The translations under genes were made by a program, and so were the position numbers. Positions 6,501 through 13,709 of a DNA stretch of 13,709 bases are shown here, piece by piece. The stretch lies in NCBI GenBank assembly GCA_039801225.1, contig JBDRUH010000041.1, positions 1 through 13,709 of the forward strand. The letters run 5' to 3'. The DNA is from a candidate division WOR-3 bacterium. GTDB taxonomy: Bacteria; Hydrothermota; Tepidihabitantia; Tepidihabitantales; Tepidihabitantaceae. The notes under the pieces are model-generated. The model was not told where the DNA came from. It was given only the letters and a program-made list of their open reading frames with translations, and ran no database searches. Each line of letters begins with the position of its first letter. The first letter of the stretch is position 1.

Positions 6501-8726
6501 TTTGTCGCCAATGATGACGACCGGTCAAACGACACCATCTCCACAACCACCACTGTGGTTGTCCATGACATCGCCGCTATTGCCATAATTGCGCCCACCG
6601 GTAATATTGACTCAGGAACGGTTTTAGCCCCGCAGGCTCGGCTTAAGAACTTGGGTTCAATAACCGAGAATTTTGTAGCCCGGTTCACTATTGGCGATGG
6701 CTACCTCGCTGAAATTTCGGTAACTCTGGCACCGGGAGCGGACTCAATAATCTCCTTCCCGGACTGGTCGGCTAATAACCCGGGTACATTTGCTACGAAA
6801 TGCACCACCTTACTCTCTCAGGACAAAAACCCGGCAAACAACCGGACGAGCGGAACGGTGAATGTTATTGGCACCGATGCCGGCGCGGTGGCGATTATCG
6901 CCCCGGTGGGTGAAATTGACCCTGGACCGGTTCATCCGGTTGCCCGGGTGGTAAATAACTCACCCACACCACAAAGTTTTTATACATTCCTCAAAATAAA
7001 ATCCTCTGATGGCACCATCGCATTCTCCGATTCGGTAATGGTCAACAACCTGGCACCCGACTCAACCGAGGATGTGGTTTTTGGCGAATGGAGCGCCCTT
7101 CCCGGCAACTATACCGTCCGCTGCTCCACCGGCCTGGGTGACAAAACACCATTTAATGACACCGTTAGCGCCTTCTGCCATGTTATCCTCAGGGATGTGG
7201 GGATGGTATCGGTCTTCCCTAATGGTGATATTCCGGAGATGACCCTTTCACCATTCCTGCGGATAAAAAACTTTGGCACTGTAACCGTCAATTGCGCCGC
7301 CTACCTCTCAATAGTTGATTCCCTTTCTGGCTCCGTGGTCTATTTTGACTCGGCGCTGGTTAACAACCTCGCTCCAGGAGAAATCAAGGGGCTTCTCCTC
7401 TCACCCTGGTCAGCCAGTTTAGGTCTTTACCGGCTGTGCGCCTATGTTTATCTTAATAATGACATCTACCCGGGCAATGACACCATTCTCACCACCCTTA
7501 ATGTCCAGGCAGAGTCTGCCGGCTGGCACCGACGCCCTGACCTGCCACTGGGAACGAGAAGGGTGAAAGCCGGTGGCGCTCTTACTGCGATGGCAACAGA
7601 CTCGGCTCGAATTTATGCCTTACGCGGCAACAAAACCTTTGACTTTTACGCCTACAACATCCAGACGAAGACCTGGCGAGAATTGGCACCAGTGCCTCCA
7701 GGGTCTTCAGGTAGACCGGTGGGTAAATCTGGCGCCCTCTGCTCCGATGGTGAACGATACATCTATGCAACTAAGGGTAACAACACCCTGGAGTTCTGGC
7801 GGTATGATATTGAGACCAACTCCTGGGAGGAGTTGCCTCCTATTCCTGCGGGAGCGAAGGTCTTAAGGGGTGGCACCGGTCTTGCCTTTGTTCGGCACGG
7901 CGACACCGCTGAGGTCTACTGCCTGAAGGGCTCAAATACCCTTGAGTTCTATGCCTATTCAGTTTCGGGTGGTACCTGGAGCGCCAGGACCGAACCCCCG
8001 GCTGGTATTTCGGGCATAAAGTTCAAAACCGGCTCTGCCCTCTGTTCTTATGGTTCGGACCGGCTTTATGCGATTAAGGCTTTGAAGAATGAGTTCTATC
8101 AATACTCGGTCCCCGAGGACCGCTGGACTACCCTCACCAGTTTGCCTCAATACTCCTTCTCGGGAAGACGTTCCCGTTGCGGTGACGGTTGTGCTATGGT
8201 CAGCGACCAGAATAACACCATCTACGCCCTAACCGGACGGAACCGCGAATTTTTCTACGGCTACAGCATCGCCGACAATACCTGGACCGAGCTTGCGCCA
8301 TTCCCAATAGGAACATACCAGAAGAAGGTGAAGTCGGGTGGCGCACTTACCTATATTGCTAACCAGGTCTGGGCATTGCGGGGCAACAACACCAACGATT
8401 TCTACACCTATATCCCCGCACCTATGCCACTATCCTCCTCACCACCTCGTTCTGGGGTAACCGCCAATACGGAATACGGATTACTGAATGCGGAATATGC
8501 TATCAAGCCCGAACTCAAAGCCAACCGCCTATTTGTTACCTTTAATGGCGCTCATCACTCCCGACTGACAATATTCTCCACCGCCGGACAGGTGATGAAG
8601 ACTACCACGCTGGTACCAGGAACAATTCACACAATTGACATTTCATCTTTGCCTAACGGCGTTTATCTTGTCCAGGTGCGGGAAAAGGAAAGAACGCAAA
8701 CTCAGAAACTGGTCATTTTGCGCTGA
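3558..8726 (+). CDS. Secreted C25-family (gingipain-like) cysteine peptidase with propeptide, six Ig/CARDB-like repeats, Kelch-like beta-propeller and T9SS type-A-like C-terminal domain
   Basis: 1722 aa with Sec signal MNRRVVAVVLLLGVAGASFA and a propeptide-like region (GKPVLP, PYPAQ, LFPVRYDP). C25 motifs: YVVIT, WVLLGGD..VVP, DLYYADL, VYIGR, GHG (His453, 4914-4916), IAC (Cys489, 5022-5024), NLFGDP. The C-terminus IFSTAGQV...LPNGVYLVQV...KLVILR matches the Por-secretion CTD pattern. Confidence 0.92.
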   Translation: MNRRVVAVVLLLGVAGASFAAEWSGVFQFRPSSFELQTITRDGQKFQTIIPGMEATIGRQKLYVDYLQEIGKPVLPYWFFTLVIPQGMKVKSVNVIPEGEEKIPAREKPYPAQKPVPISQNQLPDFVPPDPEVYAGLKPWPYERYRLSPVGVKSGFRLVTVSLFPVRYDPVSGCYLISRRLRVEVSYEPDPSDEQISLSKRQLELFSKGVRALVINPEDVNRFAPREKITDFGTYDYVVITNSTLEPYFQPLVNWRTRKGYYGIVRTTSWINSNYSGRDLQEKIRNFIKDYYNNYGIMWVLLGGDTAVVPTRRARSYCAGYTGNIPCDLYYADLQWSWDANNDNIFGEYGIDTTDLYYDVYIGRASVNDTTRAKIFVNKVLKHEISPPTDYLKRILLVDAHLWDGYDEDQSNDSIANITPSGWSDVHIHDPNNTTMVRDSLNNGFQFSHMVGHGNEYGIYHNSNPYYSNGVIQGHNNGDKVVLINSIACYSGNFEGTSGVPNCLAESTHNCSTGGALAVIMNSRYGWGTPPYIGPSELLDIRFYDFFFKHDTMPIGWTHAESKEVYRNQAHNSDGAWRWCYFELNLFGDPLQLMYEDTPSSLNASFPDSINTGSQNFTVTVTSGGSPVFRALVCLWKGSEVYVRNYTNSSGQVTFSINPTTSGYMQVTATKPNYLPDIDSCKVIYTVKADVGVTRIIAPTDTVDYGSSIYPAAKVKNYHSLPASNIPVRCKIGSGYLCDTIIPYLAGGDSITAVFSLWNAQPQGNLVVKCSTALSNDSNPSNDYAVGSVFVRYRDVGCVSIISPVGNIDSTGTVPVKAKVKNYGNISANFQVRFHITGPASYADTATVTLNAGDSVVVNFDPWVCGPPGSYSSACSTMLNGDMNAGNNKKTGSFNVVTHDISAEEILSPPAQCDSGSSVPVRVAVANYGSVTENVKISVRIPSFYYDSVTVPIPAHTVDTISLASWQVNAPAGSYPVRCSTFVANDDDRSNDTISTTTTVVVHDIAAIAIIAPTGNIDSGTVLAPQARLKNLGSITENFVARFTIGDGYLAEISVTLAPGADSIISFPDWSANNPGTFATKCTTLLSQDKNPANNRTSGTVNVIGTDAGAVAIIAPVGEIDPGPVHPVARVVNNSPTPQSFYTFLKIKSSDGTIAFSDSVMVNNLAPDSTEDVVFGEWSALPGNYTVRCSTGLGDKTPFNDTVSAFCHVILRDVGMVSVFPNGDIPEMTLSPFLRIKNFGTVTVNCAAYLSIVDSLSGSVVYFDSALVNNLAPGEIKGLLLSPWSASLGLYRLCAYVYLNNDIYPGNDTILTTLNVQAESAGWHRRPDLPLGTRRVKAGGALTAMATDSARIYALRGNKTFDFYAYNIQTKTWRELAPVPPGSSGRPVGKSGALCSDGERYIYATKGNNTLEFWRYDIETNSWEELPPIPAGAKVLRGGTGLAFVRHGDTAEVYCLKGSNTLEFYAYSVSGGTWSARTEPPAGISGIKFKTGSALCSYGSDRLYAIKALKNEFYQYSVPEDRWTTLTSLPQYSFSGRRSRCGDGCAMVSDQNNTIYALTGRNREFFYGYSIADNTWTELAPFPIGTYQKKVKSGGALTYIANQVWALRGNNTNDFYTYIPAPMPLSSSPPRSGVTANTEYGLLNAEYAIKPELKANRLFVTFNGAHHSRLTIFSTAGQVMKTTTLVPGTIHTIDISSLPNGVYLVQVREKERTQTQKLVILR
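5625..7508 (+). repeat. Six tandem ~105-aa Ig/CARDB-like protein repeats
   Basis: Units begin at 5625, 5940, 6255, 6567, 6876 and 7194 (DVGVTRIIAP, DVGCVSIISP, DISAEEILSP, DIAAIAIIAP, DAGAVAIIAP, DVGMVSVFP). Each has an internal xxN(Y/L/F)G-like motif, a conserved Trp and a closing DxxxxN(D/N) motif. Confidence 0.85.
7521..8415 (+). repeat. Six Kelch-like beta-propeller blades
   Basis: Repeating GGAL-like motif followed by IYALRGNKTFDFYAY, IYATKGNNTLEFWRY, VYCLKGSNTLEFYAY, LYAIKALKNEFYQY, IYALTGRNREFFYGY and VWALRGNNTNDFYTY, linked by W..L..xP motifs. Confidence 0.85.
8464..8498 (+). repeat. Degenerate heptamer tandem repeat (5 units) inside the peptidase linker
   Basis: CCAATAC GGAATAC GGATTAC TGAATGC GGAATAT, translated as ANTEYGLLNAEY just before the CTD. 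Confidence 0.65.
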
Positions 8727-8728
8727 GT

Positions 8729-8790
8729 AAGTAAAGTGCCGAGGGAACGGTGCAAAGGGCAATGGGCACTGGACCCTCGGCACTACTTTT
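8729..8790 (+). terminator. Strong intergenic hairpin, probable intrinsic terminator
   Basis: Perfect 11-bp stem AGTGCCGAGGG (8735-8745) / CCCTCGGCACT (8774-8784), inner stem CGGTGC/GCACTG and outer AAGT/ACTT, followed by a short T tract (8787-8790). It lies directly after the peptidase stop codon. Confidence 0.6.
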
Positions 8791-8797
8791 GAAGTAA

Positions 8798-10807
<2,010 letters not shown>

Positions 10808-10820
10808 TGATAAAATCTAA

Positions 10821-12899
10821 ATGAGTCTGGAGGAAACCGGTCTGAATACCCCGATTCAATATCTCAAAGGTATCGGACCAAAACGGGCGCAACTTTTTAC
10901 CCGCCTCGGTGTTCAAACTGTGGGCGATTTACTGTTTCTCATTCCCCGGCGGTATCTTGACCGGTCACAAATCCTGCCCATCACCCGGCTCCGGGTGGGT
11001 GATGAGGCAACAGTCCTGGGCAGAATTGTCGCCCTAACAGAAAGAAAGACTAAAAACCACCGGCACCTGTTCCAGTGTCTGGTGCGGGATGATTCGGGAA
11101 TGATTGATGTCTACTGGTTTAATCGCCCGGATTTGAAACACCGGCTCAGGGTCAATCAGCAGATATTGCTCTCGGGTCGGGTCAGTTATTTTGGCTCAAA
11201 ACAGTTTGTCAACCCAACCTTTGAACTCTTAGAGGGCAAAGAACGGTTCTCTTTTGAGAATACGATTCTACCGGTTTATCCCTTGACCGGTGGACTATCG
11301 GTCTGGACAATTCGCCGCGCGGTTCGGAACGCCTTGGAGCGATTTGGTGCTTATCTCACTGAAACGCTCTCTTGGGAAATATTAAAGCATTACCGTTTCC
11401 CACCCCTCAAAACCGCCCTAACCGCAGTTCACTTTCCTAAAAGCCTCTTTTTGGCTCACCGGGCACGGCAGCGGTTAGTGTATGAGGAACTTTTTTATTT
11501 CCAGTTGCTTTTAGCTCTGCGCCGGCAGCAGAGCAAAGCGGTGCATAAACCACAGCCGTTAGTAGAGAGCGGCAGACTTACCCGCCCTTTCCTTGACCAA
11601 ATCGGGTTTGAACTCACCCAGGCACAACGCCGGGTAATTGGCGAGATAAAGGCGGATATGGCGCAAAAAAGGTGTATGAACCGGCTTTTACAGGGTGATG
11701 TCGGCTCGGGGAAAACGGTTGTGGCACTTTATGCGATGCTCATCGCCTGTGAAAACGGCTTTCAGGCGGCGATGATGGCGCCAACTGAAATCCTGGCTGA
11801 ACAGCACTTTCAAAACTGGGTAGATATCTTAAGTCAACTCGGGGTGCGGGTGGCGCTTTTAACCGGCTCCACCCGGCAGCGGGAAAAGAAAGAAATTGTT
11901 GCCGGTTTGGAATCGGGCGATTTGGCTATGGTTTTTGGCACCCACGCCTTGATTGAGGAAGGGGTCCGGTTCAACCGGCTGGGACTGGTGGTGGTGGACG
12001 AACAGCACCGGTTTGGCGTGATGCAGCGGGCGGCGCTCTTAAACAAGGGGATAAACCCGGACTTTTTGGTGATGACCGCCACCCCGATACCAAGAACCCT
12101 CACCCTGACAATTTACGGCGACCTGGATGTGTCAATCCTAAATGAAAAGCCGCCGGGCAGGTTGCCGGTTACGACCCGGCTCTTTACCGAAAATATGCGC
12201 GAACGGGTCTATCAAGGAGTCAGACGCCGGCTCCGTTTGGGCGAGCAGGTGTTTGTTGTCTGCCCCTTGATTGAGGAGAGTGAAAAACTGGAACTCGCCT
12301 CCGCAATTGAGACCTTTGAGAAGACCCGTGCCGCCTTTCCGGAATTCCGAGTTGGTCTGGTCCACGGTCGGCTCCGTTCTGCGGAGCGCCGCGAGATAAT
12401 GGAGAAATTCCGCACCGGGCAACTGGACATTCTCATCGCTACCCCGGTAATTGAGGTGGGTGTTGACATCCCCAACGCCACGGTGATGCTCATTGAGCAT
12501 CCGGAGCGGTTCGGACTTGCCCAACTCCACCAGTTGCGGGGTAGAATCGGCCGAGGCGATCGTCCCTCCTGGTGCATCCTAATCCTTCAGGATGAAGACC
12601 TGAGTGAGGCGAGTGAAAGACTGCGCTACTTTGTTTCAACCAGCGATGGCTTCAAATTGGCGGAGAAGGACTTAGAGTTAAGAGGACCAGGAGAAATCTT
12701 TGGCACCCGGCAACACGGTCTACCCGATTTAAGGGTTGCCGACATATTTAAGGACCGGGAAATCCTTGCCAATGCCCGTCGCGATGCCTTCCGCCTGATA
12801 GAACTTGACCCGGAACTAAAAGGGGCACATAATGAGTGCATAAGAAAAACGCTCCTTTTCCGATATTCCGGTCGCACCGAACTGGCGCGGGTGGGATAG
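10821..12899 (+). CDS. recG: ATP-dependent DNA helicase RecG
   Basis: 692 aa: LKGIGPKRA start, OB-fold wedge, RLLQGDVGSGKT, MAPTEILAEQH, DEQHRFGV, MTATPIPRTL, VIEVGVDIPNA, ERFGLAQLHQLRGRIGRG, DGFKLAEKDLELRGPGE. Confidence 0.99.
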   Translation: MSLEETGLNTPIQYLKGIGPKRAQLFTRLGVQTVGDLLFLIPRRYLDRSQILPITRLRVGDEATVLGRIVALTERKTKNHRHLFQCLVRDDSGMIDVYWFNRPDLKHRLRVNQQILLSGRVSYFGSKQFVNPTFELLEGKERFSFENTILPVYPLTGGLSVWTIRRAVRNALERFGAYLTETLSWEILKHYRFPPLKTALTAVHFPKSLFLAHRARQRLVYEELFYFQLLLALRRQQSKAVHKPQPLVESGRLTRPFLDQIGFELTQAQRRVIGEIKADMAQKRCMNRLLQGDVGSGKTVVALYAMLIACENGFQAAMMAPTEILAEQHFQNWVDILSQLGVRVALLTGSTRQREKKEIVAGLESGDLAMVFGTHALIEEGVRFNRLGLVVVDEQHRFGVMQRAALLNKGINPDFLVMTATPIPRTLTLTIYGDLDVSILNEKPPGRLPVTTRLFTENMRERVYQGVRRRLRLGEQVFVVCPLIEESEKLELASAIETFEKTRAAFPEFRVGLVHGRLRSAERREIMEKFRTGQLDILIATPVIEVGVDIPNATVMLIEHPERFGLAQLHQLRGRIGRGDRPSWCILILQDEDLSEASERLRYFVSTSDGFKLAEKDLELRGPGEIFGTRQHGLPDLRVADIFKDREILANARRDAFRLIELDPELKGAHNECIRKTLLFRYSGRTELARVG

Positions 12900-13028
12900 A
12901 TGACGCCCCGGGCATTACGGCTGTCAGCTCATTTTGGCTTTTGGCTTTTGGCTCCTCACCACGGTCATTCCGAGTTTGCCGAGGAATCCCTTACTTTCAC
13001 CCCCCGTCATTGCGAGGGCAAAGCATGA
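12900..13028 (+). other. 42-aa repeat-derived small ORF bridging recG and the lipoprotein gene (possibly the displaced original 5' end of that gene)
   Basis: ATG directly follows the recG TAG and reads MTPRALRLSAHFGFWLLAPHHGHSEFAEESLTFTPRHCEGKA. Its TGA (13026-13028) overlaps ATG 13025 (ATGA). Confidence 0.3.
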
Positions 13029-13108
13029 AGCAATCTCCACTCCGAGGTGGTTTGGGACGGTGTCTTGGGACTTGGAGCATGCTTTTGGCTTTTGGTTTTT
13101 GGCTTTTA
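12918..13108. repeat. Composite repeat patch: heptamer tracts flanking two GTCATT-type palindromes
   Basis: CGGCTGT CAGCTCA (12918-12931); (TTTTGGC)x3 (12932-12952); GTCATTCCGAG..CCGAGGAATCCC (12964-12990); GTCATTGCGAG..TGAAGCAATCTC (13006-13037); TTGGGAC/TTGGAGC units; GCTTTTG GCTTTTG GTTTTTG GCTTTTA (13081-13108). Confidence 0.75.
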
Positions 13109-13709
13109 CCTTTTTTCTCCTGTGCCAGTCGGGTTCCTCGTGCCTTTGGTCCCCTCCGTGAAGTGACGGTTATAACCGACCACTGGCAGGATGTAGGAAA
13201 GACAGTTGAGGCGATTTTTACCCGCCAAATTCCCACCCCTCAACCCGAGCCGGAGTTTCTCCTCCGTGTCGGAACGACCGAAAAGTTTTCTGCCTACTCC
13301 AAACTACGTTTACTTCTTTTAATCGGCACCGCTCAGGAGAGCCTGTTTCAAAAGATTTTAAGAGAAAAACTGGACTCACTGCCAGATGGTGAATTTGGCT
13401 TATTTCTACTGCCCAACGCCTGGGTTGACAACCAGTGGGTTTTGCTATTTATCGCCAAAGACCCAGACCGCCTCGCCGCCGGCATAAAACTCTACTCTCA
13501 ACGCCTCCACCAGACTATAACCGAAAAGGTTTTGGAGCAGTTAACCCGGGCGACCTACCAAAGGGGAATCGATTCTAAACTCACCAACTTTCTCAAGGTG
13601 CGGTTTGGGTGGCAAATAGATGTGCCGGTAAAATGGCTGTTACAGGAGAAAGACAGTTCCTCCCGATTTGTCTATATATTTAACCACTTTCCTGACCGAA
13701 GCGTATTTG
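13025..13709 (+). CDS. Probable DUF4837-like lipoprotein (3' end outside the window; start at 13025 or 13079)
   Basis: Open frame to the window end, not in the ORF track: MKQSPLRGGLGRCLGTWSMLLAFGFWLLPFFS-CASRVPRAFGPLREVTVITDHW...IPTPQPEPEF...NAWVDNQWVLLFIA...RFGWQIDVP...PDRSVF. It has a lipobox-like FFSC (Cys at 13121). The TPQPEPxF, W..NQ and FG..I.VP motifs recall DUF4837 from memory. Confidence 0.7.
   Translation, partial: MKQSPLRGGLGRCLGTWSMLLAFGFWLLPFFSCASRVPRAFGPLREVTVITDHWQDVGKTVEAIFTRQIPTPQPEPEFLLRVGTTEKFSAYSKLRLLLLIGTAQESLFQKILREKLDSLPDGEFGLFLLPNAWVDNQWVLLFIAKDPDRLAAGIKLYSQRLHQTITEKVLEQLTRATYQRGIDSKLTNFLKVRFGWQIDVPVKWLLQEKDSSSRFVYIFNHFPDRSVF

Noticed and set aside
5625..8415. Diversity-generating retroelement target or recent DNA duplication in the protein repeats
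   Set aside because: The repeats are similar only at the protein level, I saw no near-identical DNA pair differing at adenines, and there is no reverse transcriptase in the window.
10808..10820. Extended -10 (TGaTAAAAT) promoter for recG
   Set aside because: It ends only 4 nt before the ATG, so the TSS would fall inside the start codon, and there is no convincing -35; co-transcription with ligA is more plausible.
12918..13108. CRISPR array or tRNA in the repeat patches (also 2982-3059)
   Set aside because: No identical 23-47-bp repeats with regular unique spacers, no cas genes, and no acceptor stem or T-loop consensus.
12934..13236. ORF-track entries 12934..13161 (+) and 12997..13236 (-)
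   Set aside because: Their FGFWLL and KSQKPKAK content comes from the heptamer repeat; the frame with the lipobox that stays open to the window end starts at 13025 or 13079.

Overview
Bacterial chromosomal segment made of DNA-repair/replication genes plus one giant secreted protease. Left to right: uvrA (minus strand, start 2554, runs off the left edge, absent from the ORF track); a DUF559/Vsr-like nuclease gene (minus, 3285-2602) interrupted by one in-frame TGA inside a ~90-bp patch of REP-like and heptamer repeats; a divergent promoter region; a 1722-aa gingipain-type C25 peptidase (signal peptide, propeptide, His/Cys dyad, six Ig/CARDB-like repeats, six-blade Kelch-like propeller, T9SS type-A-like CTD); a strong hairpin; ligA; recG; a ~190-bp patchwork of heptamer and palindromic repeats; and a probable DUF4837-like lipoprotein running off the right edge. 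The protease architecture is reminiscent of candidate division WOR-3 or other FCB-related lineages (inference). The most distinctive signal is that small repeats (7-bp tandem units, a GTAG-REP, GTCATT palindromes) have invaded coding sequence three times: they break the nuclease gene, form part of the protease linker, and encode the lipoprotein signal peptide. GATC is also strongly depleted. No rRNA, tRNA, CRISPR array, transposase or integrase was seen. All family calls are from motif recognition by eye; no searches were run.
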